Below are positions 36,065 through 46,884 of a stretch of DNA of 64,000 nucleotides, one piece after another (within the stretch, counting starts at the first letter, position 1; each line of letters begins with the position of its first letter). The position numbers were made by a program, and so were the translations under genes. Location of the stretch: assembly GCA_963842945.1 (NCBI GenBank), contig CAWJIM010000002.1, forward strand, positions 297,431-361,430, in the 5' to 3' direction. The notes under the pieces were generated by a model, which made no database searches, was not told where the DNA came from, and saw only the letters and a list, made by a program, of their open reading frames with translations. The stretch comes from an uncultured Gemmatimonadales bacterium (lineage in GTDB: Bacteria > Gemmatimonadota > Gemmatimonadetes > Gemmatimonadales > GWC2-71-9).

Positions 36065-37313
36065 TTGACTGCCCCCGCTAGCGCGCCCGCCGAGTCAGCA
36101 TTCACCTCTCCGCTTCATCGTCGCCTTTCCTGGATAGCCGCGCTCGCCTTTGCTTCCGGGTTCCCCTTCGGCCTGATCAACGAAACCATTCCGATCTACC
36201 TGCGCAGCAGCGGCGCGAGTCTGGTGGACATTGGCCACTTGGCCAAGCTGAGTTTGCCCTGGAGTCTCAAGTGGATCTGGGCCCCCCTGGTGGACAGGCA
36301 CGGCAGCAGACGGCGATGGATCACGGCCTGCCTGCTCGGTCTGGCAGGACTCACCTTCGCGCTGGGCAGCTTCCCAGCAGGACGCCTGAGTTCAGTCTTC
36401 TGGGTTGTCCTCGCCGCCATCGTTGTGCTGTCGGCAACGCAGGACATCGCCATCGACGCGTACACCATTCAATCCACGACCACCCGCGAGCTCGGCGTCG
36501 CGAATTCCGTGCGGATCACCCTGTACCGGGTGGGCATGCTGAGCGCCGGGGGACTGCTGGTGTGGGTGGCCGGCCGGATCGGCTGGTCGTCGAGCCTCAA
36601 GGTGGGAGCCGGTGTGCTCGCCCTGCTGGCGCTCTGCGCCTCGCTCCTGCCGCCGATCGATCGCGCCAGCGGACACGCTCACAGCCTCTGGGAGCCGATC
36701 CGGGAGCTCTTTGCCAGACCCGGGATCGGCGCGGTGATCGTGTTTGCGTTGATCTTCAAGTTCGACATAGCGGCGCTGGAGCCGATGATGCGCCCATTCT
36801 GGGTGGACAGCGGCCTGACGCTGGAACAGATCGGGGCGGTGATTACCTCCGGCCGACTGGTCGCGACCATCGCCGGCGCCGGGCTGGGAGGCGTGTTCAC
36901 CACCCGCTACGGCATCTTTGCCGGCCTGTGGGTCCTGGGACTGGTTCAGGCCCTGTCCGGGCTCGATCTACTGGGGCACGGCCGTTGGGATGGAGCAGAA
37001 CCTGCTGGCGAATAGCGGGGGCTTTGGAGGCAAGACACTCATCGTTGGTGCAGCGTACTTCGAGAGTTTTGCCGCTGGACTGGGAACCTCGGCCTACCTT
37101 GCCTTCCTCATGTCCGTTTGCGAGAAGCGGTATGCCGCGACCCAGTTCGCGGTTCTCTCCGCGCTGCTGGCGCTCACCCGCTGGATCGCCGGCGACGTCT
37201 CCGGTGAACTGGCCGAGCGACTGGGGTACGCCAACTACTTCCTCGTGACTTTTTTCCTGGGGCTACCCGCCTTTGCGCTGATTCCCCGCCTGCGGCACGC
37301 GAGTCGAGCATGA
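36065..37313 (+). CDS. ampG: AmpG-like muropeptide MFS permease (one frameshift)
   Basis: FASGFPFGL, LPWSLKWIWAPLVD, RRRW, SATQDIAIDAY, ATQFAVLS. Confidence 0.85.
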
Positions 37314-37325
37314 GGAGTCGGCGGC

Positions 37326-38774
37326 TCAGCGCGGTTTAGTGAACCGTTGCGCCAGCCAGCGTGCCACCGCCTCCTGCATCAGCCGCTGCCGGTGCCAGGC
37401 CAGCAACACCGGAGCGCGATTGGGCAGCTCACTCACCATGCGGGGGTGGCCAAAGAGGATCAAGAGGTCGGCTCCGGCCGCATGATGAGCCAGCGCCTCA
37501 CGGGAAGCGGACCCCAGGCCTGACCGTCCCTTCCAGGCGCGCGGCTCGGCAAAGACCATGACCACCCGTGATCCACCGGAGTAGCGCCCGATCAACTCGG
37601 GGCCGAGCGCGCGTTGCACGTAATCGGTGGAGCTCGGCGGGTACGGGCCACCCACGTCGTCGTCGACCACCACCAGATCCAGCGGTCCCACCAGGGTCGG
37701 TGGGGCACCCCGCGCCATCCCCGCCTTCAGCAGCGTGTCCGCCAGGGCTTCGGCCGATTCAAAGGGCCCTCGGGTGACCGGCGGGGTCGGGGCAGTCGCA
37801 GCGGAAAGCGCGCGATCATAGCGGCTGAGCGACTCCTCCAGCCGTTCCCGGCTCAGGTTGCCGCTGGCCAGCGCTGCCTCCAGAGCGTCCCGCACTCGAC
37901 GGGGATCGTTGGGATAGAGCAGCAGATCGGCTCCGGCCTGGACCGCCTGCACCGCGGCGTCGGACTCGCGCCGGCCCGACAGCGCTCCGTCCATGATCAG
38001 GGCGTCGGTGACCACCAGTCCATCGAATCGCGACTTGCCACGGAGCTCCCCCAGCAGAGTGCGGGACAGCGTGGCCGGGAGATGGGAATCGTCCAGCGAC
38101 GGATAGGCCACGTGGGCGGTCATGATAGAGGCGACGCCGCTTTCGATGGCCACGGTAAACGGCAGCAGGTCGGCACTGCGCAGAGCCGCGGCCGGCGCTT
38201 CCACCACCGGCAAGGTGATGTGCGAGTCCACCGTGGTCCGGCCGTGCCCGGGATAGTGCTTGGCACAGGCCAAGGCTCCCGCGGATTGGCATCCCTCGAT
38301 CCACTGCCGCACGCAGGTGGCCACTTCATTGGGATCGGCACCGAACGCCCGCGTCTGCACGATGGGGTTCTCCGGCAAGACGTCGAGGTCCGCTACGGGA
38401 GCAAAGATCCAATTGATCCCCACGGCCCGAGCCTCCTGCGCCGTCACCGAGGCGGCCCAACGGACCACGGCCGGATCTCCCAGCGACGCCAATGCCATGG
38501 GTGGAGGGAACTCGGTGAGTCCGGCAATCTGTTGTCCTGCTCCCCGCTCCAGATCGGCGGCCAGGAGCAGCGGTCGACCAGCGCGGCGCAACAGGTCGGC
38601 GGTGAGACGGCGTACGCTTTCCGCTGTCCCACCGAAGATGATGAAGCCGCCGACGCCGATCTCGAGCGCGTCGGCGATTCGGCCGGCCTCGTGGGCAAAG
38701 CCACTAAGCGCTTCCGAGCGCAGAGCCGGAAGAATCAGCCGGGCCGGCATTCGAGTGGTTGCCTCCGGGTTCAT
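37326..38774 (-). CDS. nagZ: GH3 beta-N-acetylglucosaminidase
   Basis: AADLERG, FAPVADL, KHYPGHGRTTVDSH, IMTAH, VTDAL. Confidence 0.88.
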   Translation of the reverse strand: MNPEATTRMPARLILPALRSEALSGFAHEAGRIADALEIGVGGFIIFGGTAESVRRLTADLLRRAGRPLLLAADLERGAGQQIAGLTEFPPPMALASLGDPAVVRWAASVTAQEARAVGINWIFAPVADLDVLPENPIVQTRAFGADPNEVATCVRQWIEGCQSAGALACAKHYPGHGRTTVDSHITLPVVEAPAAALRSADLLPFTVAIESGVASIMTAHVAYPSLDDSHLPATLSRTLLGELRGKSRFDGLVVTDALIMDGALSGRRESDAAVQAVQAGADLLLYPNDPRRVRDALEAALASGNLSRERLEESLSRYDRALSAATAPTPPVTRGPFESAEALADTLLKAGMARGAPPTLVGPLDLVVVDDDVGGPYPPSSTDYVQRALGPELIGRYSGGSRVVMVFAEPRAWKGRSGLGSASREALAHHAAGADLLILFGHPRMVSELPNRAPVLLAWHRQRLMQEAVARWLAQRFTKPR

Positions 38775-39883
38775 GCGGGTGTCACCGCGCCGAGCACGCG
38801 GGGGCCACCCGCCCCAGTAGCCGCGGGAAGATTTCCTGGCTGCCCGTGCAGTGTCAGGTAGCCGAGCAGGGCAAAGGCGACCGCCTCCTTGGCATCGCCA
38901 GGGAAGAACAGGTCGTCGAACCGTCGGAGCTGATGCTCGCCCCGACTCATCAGGTAGCGGGAGAGGGAGGTCATGAGGCCGGGGTGATGGCAGCCCCCGC
39001 CGGACGCCACGACCTCGACGTGAGGCGGAGTCCACCGACCGATCGCATCGGAGACGGTGCGAGCGGTCAGCTCCACCGCCGTGGCAACCGCATCCGGGCC
39101 CGGCAGCCGCCGGTGCAGCGCCTCGGCGTACGCGTCTCCGAAACGTTCCCGCCCGGTGCTCTTGGGCGGAGGCGAGCCAAAGAAAGCGTCGTCGAGCAGC
39201 TCGCCCAAGACACGCTCATCGATTTGCCCCTGCGCTGCAATCTTGCCGTCCCGATCGTAGCTGCAGCTCCGGTCCACCAGGCGCGCGGTCGCATCGATCA
39301 GCGCCATACCCGGGCCCGTGTCAAAGGCGAGCACGCCCTGATCCAGCGCGCGCTGCTCGACATAGGTGAGGTTGGCCATGCCGCCGAGATTGAGGAGAAT
39401 GCGGGGCGTGTCCACCGCGGCAAAGAGCAGCACGTCAGCCATCGGCACCAGCGGGGCGCCCTGCCCTCCCGCGGCCACGTCACGGGCGCGAAAGCCGCTG
39501 ACGACCCGAACCCCAAACCGCTCGGCGAGGATGGCTGGCTCACCCAGCTGCCAGGAGACCACCGGCGGCTCATGCCAAATGGTCTGTCCCGGGAATGCGA
39601 TCAGGGATAGATCCGAGGCCGGCACGTTGCTGCGCTCGAGCAAGGTCTGGACGGCATCGGATGCCCACTCAGCCAGCTGCACGTGCAGGCGCGCCAGGGT
39701 TGCTGCCGTCGCCCCGTTCAGCGCTTGCCGGAGCTGGGCTCGTTCAGCGTCGGTGTAGGGCCTAGTAACGAAGTCCAGCAGTGTCGCATGAGTCGGACCC
39801 TGAAACCGGACCAGCGCTGCATCCATGCCGTCCAAGGAGGTGCCCGACATCAGGCCAATCGCCAGCGTGGGTCGCTCTGTCAT
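38771..39883 (-). CDS. anmK: Anhydro-N-acetylmuramic acid kinase
   Basis: GLMSGTSLDGMD, GQGAPLVP, LNLGGMAN, FDTGPG, PPKSTGRE, KEAVAFA. Confidence 0.96.
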   Translation of the reverse strand: MTERPTLAIGLMSGTSLDGMDAALVRFQGPTHATLLDFVTRPYTDAERAQLRQALNGATAATLARLHVQLAEWASDAVQTLLERSNVPASDLSLIAFPGQTIWHEPPVVSWQLGEPAILAERFGVRVVSGFRARDVAAGGQGAPLVPMADVLLFAAVDTPRILLNLGGMANLTYVEQRALDQGVLAFDTGPGMALIDATARLVDRSCSYDRDGKIAAQGQIDERVLGELLDDAFFGSPPPKSTGRERFGDAYAEALHRRLPGPDAVATAVELTARTVSDAIGRWTPPHVEVVASGGGCHHPGLMTSLSRYLMSRGEHQLRRFDDLFFPGDAKEAVAFALLGYLTLHGQPGNLPAATGAGGPRVLGAVTPA

Positions 39884-40806
39884 CGGGAACGCACCGGCGG
39901 CGGATCCCCGACCACGGGACGGAGGCGGCCCTCGTGCTCGGCCAGCAGCTGTTCGGCTTCTCCCTTACTCACCCCTCGTCGAGCCATCACGATGGCCGTC
40001 TTGACACTGCCCTCGGCCGCGTCGATCACTGCACGAGCGGCCCCACGATCCAGTCCGGTGGTCTCCATCACGATGCGTTGGCTCCGATCGATGAGCTTGT
40101 CGTTCCAGGCGCGCAGATCGACCATCAGATTGCCGTAAATCTTTCCCAAGCGGATCATCGCTCCCGTGGTCAGGGTATTGAGCACCAGCTTGGTAGCGGT
40201 GCCCGCCTTCATTCGGGTGGAGCCGGTGACGATCTCGGGGCCGACCAGCACGGTGATGAACACGTCGCAGACTCTGGTCAGCTGCGAGGGCGGGTCCGAG
40301 CAGGAGACCAGAACGGTGCGGGCGCCGAGAGCGTGGGCTCGAATCAGACCGGCCCTGACATAGGGAGTGGTGCCGCTCGCGGCGATACCGACGACCACAT
40401 CGTTGGAGCCGACTCGCAGGGAATCGATGGCCGCCTCGGCGGCGCCGGTGTCATCTTCCGCCCCCTCGACTGACCGCACCAGCGCGGCGGACCCGCCCGC
40501 GATCAGTCCCACAACCATGTCGGGGGGAGTTCCGAAGGTGGGCGGACATTCCGCGGCGTCAAGCACCCCAAGACGGCCGCTGGTTCCGGCGCCGACGTAC
40601 ACGACCCGCCCGCCGGCTCGGAATGCTGCCTCGATGAGCTCGATGGCTTTCGCGATTTCGATGCGGGCTCGGGCAACAGCGCCGGGAACGGTGGCGTCTT
40701 CGGCGCCGATGAGATCAACGATCTCGAGCGCGGAGGCGGTATCGATGGCAGTGCTGCGAGGATTACGCCGTTCGGTCAGGCGTGTGTCGATATAGTCTTC
40801 AGCCAC
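39880..40806 (-). CDS. murQ: MurNAc-6-phosphate etherase
   Basis: TERRNP, GAGTSGRLG, ECPPTFG, GSTRMKAGTATK. Confidence 0.97.
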   Translation of the reverse strand: MAEDYIDTRLTERRNPRSTAIDTASALEIVDLIGAEDATVPGAVARARIEIAKAIELIEAAFRAGGRVVYVGAGTSGRLGVLDAAECPPTFGTPPDMVVGLIAGGSAALVRSVEGAEDDTGAAEAAIDSLRVGSNDVVVGIAASGTTPYVRAGLIRAHALGARTVLVSCSDPPSQLTRVCDVFITVLVGPEIVTGSTRMKAGTATKLVLNTLTTGAMIRLGKIYGNLMVDLRAWNDKLIDRSQRIVMETTGLDRGAARAVIDAAEGSVKTAIVMARRGVSKGEAEQLLAEHEGRLRPVVGDPPPVRSR

Positions 40807-40864
40807 GCAAGCGAAGGATGGGAGTATCCAGCCATCAGCGTCGCGCTAAATTAGGACCACTCCG

Positions 40865-42623
40865 ATGTTCGGGGCAACTCTCTCATTTCAGGTCACTTAC
40901 TCCGGAGCCCGTGTGCGAGTTCCTGCTGCCCTGCTGGCCCTGTCAGTCACCCTGGCCTGTGGTCATCCCTCCGCGACCCCGGAAGTATCGCCGGTGGCTG
41001 GTATCGGCCAGAGCTGGCCGTACCTGGGAAAGTCGCGGGTGACCGCCTCGAGACAGGCGATGGTGGTGTCCGGAAGTCCGATCGCAAGCCAGGTGGGCCG
41101 GGACATTCTCCAGCAGGGAGGGAATGCGGTGGACGCGGCGGTGGCGGTCGGCTTTGCCCTCGCGGTGGTGCATCCCGAGGCCGGCAATATCGGCGGCGGT
41201 GGCTTCATGATCATTCGTCCCCGCGATGGGAAGGTGCAGGCGCTCGACTATCGGGAGGCCGCCCCTGCCCTGGCCACCCGCGACATGTATCGCTCAGCCG
41301 GCGAAGACGGCAGTGTGACGGGGCATCTCTCGGCCGGGGTGCCCGGGGCTGTCGCCGGCTTGACCGAAGCACACCGCCGCTACGGGCGACTTCCATTGGC
41401 CGCGGTGATCCAGCCAGCCATCCGCCTGGCGCACGAAGGATTTGCGGTGGATGAGTACCGGAGTCGCTCGATCGGAGAGGACAGTGCCCGGCTGGTGCTC
41501 TTCCCTGCCTCACGCACCACCTTCCTACCGGCTGACCGTCCTCCTCAGCCGGGCTCGACCTTCCGCCAGCCGGAGCTCGGGGCGACGCTGGAGGCTATTC
41601 GAGACAGCGGGGCGGCCGGCTTTTATCGCGGCCGGGTGGCCGAGCTGCTGGTGGCAGAGATGAAACGGGGAGGTGGAATCATCAGCCTCAAGGACCTGGC
41701 CGACTACCGGGCCATCTGGCGCGATCCCGTCGAGATCACGTACCGCGGCTACTCCATCTATTCCATGCCGCCCGCTTCATCGGGCGGGGTGACGATGGGA
41801 GAGATTCTGAACATCATGGAGGGCTTCAACCCGCTGCCTCCATTCGGCTCCGCCGCTCTTATGCATCGCGAGGCCGAAGCGATGCGGCGCGCTTTCACCG
41901 ACCGGAACACGTACCTGGGCGACCCGGCGTTCGTGCATAACCCGCTAGACCGGCTGCTGTCCAAGCAATACGCCGCCGATCTCCGCCGCCAGATCGGAGA
42001 GCGTGCCTCTCCGACTCCGGTGTTCGAGCCTGCGCCGGCCGCAGGATCCTCGACCACCCATTACTCGGTGGTGGATGCCGAAGGGAATGCCGTCAGCTGC
42101 ACCACTACCCTGAACAACAGCTATGGCAGCGCGGTGACGGTGACCGGCGCGGGCTTCCTGCTGAATGATGAGATGGACGACTTCGCCACTTCGCCGGGAG
42201 AGCCGAACATGTACGGGCTGGTTCAGGGAGAGGCCAACGCCATCGCGCCGGGAAAGCGAATGCTCTCGGCCATGACACCGAGCATCGTGCTGGACCCCGG
42301 GAAACAACTGTATCTGGTAGTGGGGACGCCCGGTGGACCGCGGATCATCACGATGGTGTATCACGTGATCTCCAACGTGATCGACCACCGGATGTCGCTG
42401 CCCGATGCGGTCATGGCCCCACGGATGCACCACCGGCTTGCCTGACAGTCTCATGGTGGAGAGCAACGGGTTTCCGCCTCAGACCCTCGACAGTCTTCGG
42501 GCTCGCGGCCATGGGGTCTCAGAGCATGGCAAGTGGGGCGACGTCGAAGGGATCATCCGCACCGCCCAGGGCTGGGAGGGCGTCAGCGATCCGCGGCTGG
42601 GTGGAGGTGGCGCGGGCTATTGA
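40865..42623 (+). CDS. ggt: Gamma-glutamyltransferase (frameshift near 3' end)
   Basis: GGNAVDAAVA, LDYRE, TTHYSVVD, LNDEMDDF, KRMLSAMTP, GVSDPR. Confidence 0.95.
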
Positions 42624-42686
42624 TTCACCAGCGCAAGCGGGAAAAGAAATACTGAGTAGCCTTCCCCGCTGTACGCTTCTTCCTGC

Positions 42687-43509
42687 TTAGCTCTGCCGGA
42701 AGCTCTCATCCAGAACCAGTGTCACCGAGGTGCCGGCCGGCACCACCACATCGCGGTCCTTGGTCTCGACTGCGCGCTGGGTTCCCACTGCACCGCCGAT
42801 CACGCCGCCGATGATGGCTCCCTTGGCGCTCCCACCGATCACCCGGCCAAGAATCGCACCCGCCGCGGCTCCGCCGCCCACCTTGGCGATGTCACCCGCG
42901 CTGGTCTTGCGACCCTCGAGTTTGCTTCCTACGTGGTCGATTCTGGCGGCTATCGGATAGGACTGACCGTTGATGGTCACCGAGGTCGGCTGCAGGGTCA
43001 GCGTGCCGGTCTTGTCGCTCTTATTCTCGGATTCCTTGATCGCGGTCACCTTCAGCGCAACCTCGGAGCCGGCGGGAATCACGACCCGTCCCGACTTGTC
43101 CTTCACGTCGTTGGTGATCTTCGCCATGACCGTGTCACCCACCTTGTTCTTGTTGGAACGGATCTCAGCCGTGGTCGCGGCGGTCAGACTGGTGCCGGCG
43201 GCCAGACTCGCAACCGAGCTGGTGGTAGTGGAAGGCGCCGGAGCGGGGGTAGTGGGCGTCGATGCGGTCGCCGGAGGAGTGCTCGGCGAGGCTCGTGGTT
43301 GGCCGGCTGGGCTTCGTGGGCGTACGGGGGGCCGGCGCCGGAGTGGGGGCGCTCGCCGTGGGGCGATCGTTCAACTCCGCCGTCGTGTCGACCGGCGCAA
43401 GCTGAAGGTCACGGCTCAGACTGTCCGCCGTGGCGGCCTGCTCCCGGTCGCCCCGGCCGCAGGCCGCGATGGCGGCCAACGTAAGCGCTGCAATAATGGT
43501 TCTCGACAT
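42687..43509 (-). CDS. Lipoprotein with Pro-rich linker and glycine zipper (frameshifted)
   Basis: Lipobox AIAAC; GGGAAAGAILGRVIGG...GAIIGGVIGGAVG. Confidence 0.75.
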
Positions 43510-43569
43510 CGAAGCCTCCTTGATGTGACTTGCTCGGGTTCCGCGGCCCAGTGACATTCCAGCTCTGTT

Positions 43570-45330
43570 ATGCGTGAGCTGCGGACCCTCCTCCCTTATC
43601 TCAAGCCATACCGCCGAGCCTACCTTGTCGGCTTGACCCTCGTGGTCGTGTCGAACTTCTTCGCCACCCTCGGCCCCCGTTTTCTTCAACAGGGCATCGA
43701 TGCCCTCCGAGCCGGGGGCGAGTTTCGCCACGTGCAGGAGGCGGTCGTTTTGCTGCTCGCCGTTGCCCTGGCAGGTGGCGTGGCCCGCTACGGAATGCGC
43801 GAGCTGCTCAACAGCGGCAGCCGTCGCGTTGAGACCGACCTGCGAGACCAACTATACGTCCACCTGCAGCGGATGTCGGCCGAATTTTACGACCGGTACC
43901 CGACCGGTGATGTGATGGCCCGCACAACCAACGATCTGCTCGCGGTGCGAATGGTGGCGGGCCCCGCTCTAATGTACCTGGTCGATACCACTATACGCGC
44001 CCTGCTGGTGGCGCCGGCGATGGTCACCATCAGCCCCCGGCTGACCCTGCTGGCCCTGATACCGCTCCTGGGTCTTCCGGTCGCGATGGTCTCCCTGGGC
44101 CGCATGATTCACGTTCGATCCCAGGCGATTCAGGCCCAGTTCAGTGAGCTCACCACTCACGCTCACGAGAACCTCTCCGGCGTGCGCGTGGTGCGAGCCT
44201 ATCGGCAGGAAGGCGCCGAGATCGAGCACTTCCGCCAACTGAGCGACGAATATATGGAGCGTAACCTGGGGCTGGCCCGGGTTCAGGGTGCGTTCTTCCC
44301 TCTGCTTACCCTGCTGGGCGGCGCGAGCGGTTTGGTCGTGCTGTACGCGGGCGGGAGGCTGGTGATGTCCGGCTCGGTTTCGACGGGCGAGTTCGTGGCC
44401 TTCGGCGTGTATCTCGCCATGTTGGTCTGGCCAATGATTGCGCTCGGCTGGGCCGTCAATCTGGTACAGAGGGGAGCTGCATCCATGGGCCGAATCAACC
44501 AGCTGTTTCGGGAGGAGCCCGCCATTACCAGCCCCCTTTCAGCCGTCGTCCTCCCAGCCGCGGGCCGGGCGCGAGCCGTGGAGTTTCGCGATGTCTGGTT
44601 CCGTTACCCTGGCGCGAAAGAGCGGGGCTGGGTCCTGCAGGAGATCTCGTTCAGCGTGCGGCCAGGAGCATCGCTGGCCATCGTCGGCGCTACCGGCTCA
44701 GGCAAGTCCACGCTGGTCGATCTTCTCGTTCGGGCCTACGACCCCGATCGTGGCTCGGTGCTGATCGACGGTATCGACATCCGACAGCTGGCCCTGGAAG
44801 ACCTTCGACGCGCTGTCGGGTTCGTGCCCCAGGAAACTTTTCTCTTCGGCGAGAGCCTGCGCCGCAACATCCTTCTGGGTGCGCCCGACGATGGGCGGCT
44901 GGACGAAGTGGCGCGCGTGGCGCAGCTGACCGAGGCGCTACCAGCGCTGCCGGACGGATACGAGACTCTGATCGGCGAGCGAGGGATCAATCTCTCTGGG
45001 GGCCAAAAGCAACGAGCGGCCATTGCGCGGGCGCTGGCCCAGGACCCGCCGATTTTTGTGCTGGACGATGCGTTGAGCGCGGTAGACGCTCAGACGGAGG
45101 CCCGCATTCTGGCGGGGCTTCGGAGCGCACTCTCCGGCCGAACCAGCATTATCGTCTCCCACCGCCTCGCCGCGGTTCGGGATGCCGATTGGATCCTGGT
45201 ACTCGATGGCGGCCATATTGTGGAACAGGGTGTCCACGCCGAGCTGCTGGCCGCGGGTGGCCGTTACTGGGAGCTGCTCCGGCGGCAGCAGATGGAGGAG
45301 GAGTTGGAGGAGGTTAGAGATTCGACTTGA
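43570..45330 (+). CDS. ABC exporter, fused TMD-NBD (MdlA-like)
   Basis: GATGSGKST, LSGGQKQR, LDDALSAVD; intact. Confidence 0.95.
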   Translation: MRELRTLLPYLKPYRRAYLVGLTLVVVSNFFATLGPRFLQQGIDALRAGGEFRHVQEAVVLLLAVALAGGVARYGMRELLNSGSRRVETDLRDQLYVHLQRMSAEFYDRYPTGDVMARTTNDLLAVRMVAGPALMYLVDTTIRALLVAPAMVTISPRLTLLALIPLLGLPVAMVSLGRMIHVRSQAIQAQFSELTTHAHENLSGVRVVRAYRQEGAEIEHFRQLSDEYMERNLGLARVQGAFFPLLTLLGGASGLVVLYAGGRLVMSGSVSTGEFVAFGVYLAMLVWPMIALGWAVNLVQRGAASMGRINQLFREEPAITSPLSAVVLPAAGRARAVEFRDVWFRYPGAKERGWVLQEISFSVRPGASLAIVGATGSGKSTLVDLLVRAYDPDRGSVLIDGIDIRQLALEDLRRAVGFVPQETFLFGESLRRNILLGAPDDGRLDEVARVAQLTEALPALPDGYETLIGERGINLSGGQKQRAAIARALAQDPPIFVLDDALSAVDAQTEARILAGLRSALSGRTSIIVSHRLAAVRDADWILVLDGGHIVEQGVHAELLAAGGRYWELLRRQQMEEELEEVRDST

Positions 45331-46043
45331 GAAATTCCGGTGTCAGGCCCTGCAGCCACGATGCCAGCCGGGTGAACTGCCCCGTCATCAGCAGCACCCC
45401 AACCAGTACCAACAAGGCCCCACTGATTCGCATCACCCATGGAAGCAGCGGCCTGAAACGCTGAAACCAGCGGAGGAACCACTCGGTTGCCATGGCCGCC
45501 AGCAGGAAGGGCAGCGCCAGGCCCGCCGAGTAAACCGCCAGGAGCAGCACGCCGCGGTGTACGTCGCCGGAGCTCGCCGCGAGACTGAGGATGCCGCCGA
45601 GAACCGGGCCGATGCAGGGGGTCCATCCCGCCGCAAACACCATCCCGACCAGGGCTGATCCGAGGTATCCCACCGGCTTGCGCTCTAACTGAACGCCGAT
45701 GCTCCTGGCCCAACAGCGGATTCCGGATGACCCCCAGGCAGATCAACCCGAATCCAACGATGAGCGCACCACCGATGCGCTGGACCCATACCTGGTAGTA
45801 GTTCAGTGTGCGGCCAAGCGCGGTCGCGCTGGCGCCCAGCAGAATGAACACCAGAGAGAAGCCGCAGACAAAGAGTATGGCGTGGATCAGAGCAACGCGG
45901 CGGCGCTGCTCTACCTCCGGCAGTGTCATCCCGGTAAGAAATCCCAGATAGCTGGGTACCAGCGGAAGCACGCAGGGGGACAAGAAGCTCAGGAGCCCTC
46001 CGAGAAAAGCAACCAACAGTCCCAGGGCGGCAGGCTCGTTCAC
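45314..46043 (-). CDS. ccdA: Cytochrome c biogenesis protein CcdA (one frameshift)
   Basis: SFLSPCVLPLVPSY and GWTPCIGP. Confidence 0.92.
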
Positions 46044-46510
46044 AGCGGCCCCAGCTCACGCTGCCGACACGAACGGCACACTCCGTAGATCTCCACTCGA
46101 TGCCGCTGATGTTGGAAACCGTGCTCGTCGGCCAGGACGGGCAGCATGCGCTCGAGACGTTCGTTGGCGAACTCCACCACCGTCCCGCAACGCTCACAGA
46201 TCAGGTGTTCGTGGTCGGCCTGAGCCGCCCGGGGCTCAAAGCGCTTGAAACCTTCACCGAACTCATGAGCCCGGACCAGTCCACTTTCAACCAGAAGGTC
46301 GAGGGTGCGGTACACGGTGGCCAGGCCAACCTGCTCGCCCCGCTCTTTCAGCTGGCGTCGGATGGCCTCTACCGAGAGATGATCGTTGGAATGAAAGACC
46401 AGCTGCGCGACCAGATCCCGCTGGCGGGTGATCGGCTGATGGTGCTCCCGAAGGTGACGGCGGAACCGTTCGAGAAGGGCGGCTCCGTCCGCGTTATCCA
46501 GACGAGCCAT
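46040..46510 (-). CDS. Fur-family metalloregulator
   Basis: ITRQR, GLATVYRTL, HEHLICERCG, YGVCRSC. Confidence 0.93.
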   Translation of the reverse strand: MARLDNADGAALLERFRRHLREHHQPITRQRDLVAQLVFHSNDHLSVEAIRRQLKERGEQVGLATVYRTLDLLVESGLVRAHEFGEGFKRFEPRAAQADHEHLICERCGTVVEFANERLERMLPVLADEHGFQHQRHRVEIYGVCRSCRQRELGPL

Positions 46511-46880
46511 GGTGAGCAGCGCCGGGAGCGGCACTGGCGGAGAACCAGGACTCGGGAGCTACCGGAATTGGCGGATGTTCGTCGTCCAGCCGGCCTTGAG
46601 CCTCCTGCAGAACTCGGGCTAGCGCCTCGAGCGGCCCGGTGCCGACTTCGAGTATGGTAGACTCGAACTTGCCTCGTTCCTTGCCTTTGATGGCCAGCAC
46701 GTAGCCGGCCGTATAGATCCGGCGGCGCTCCCCATCCACCCGGGACAGCACTGCCGTGCCCCATTCCCGGCTGTCCCGCCGAACCGGCGCGAAGATCCAT
46801 ACGCCATCGACTTCGTCGGGTGGAAGGACCTGAGCCACGGCCTGCGCCAAGCGGTCCCACCCCGAGCCGGTCGAGGTCAT
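46494..46880 (-). CDS. Hypothetical protein
   Basis: ORF coupled between TIGR00300-like gene and fur. Confidence 0.65.
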   Translation of the reverse strand: MTSTGSGWDRLAQAVAQVLPPDEVDGVWIFAPVRRDSREWGTAVLSRVDGERRRIYTAGYVLAIKGKERGKFESTILEVGTGPLEALARVLQEAQGRLDDEHPPIPVAPESWFSASAAPGAAHHGSSG

Positions 46881-46884
46881 GCCT

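Noticed and set aside
37614..38861. Long antisense ORFs (also 34622-35752, 57089-58303, 9764-11029)
   Set aside because: Shadows of real genes, expected at high GC; no recognisable motifs
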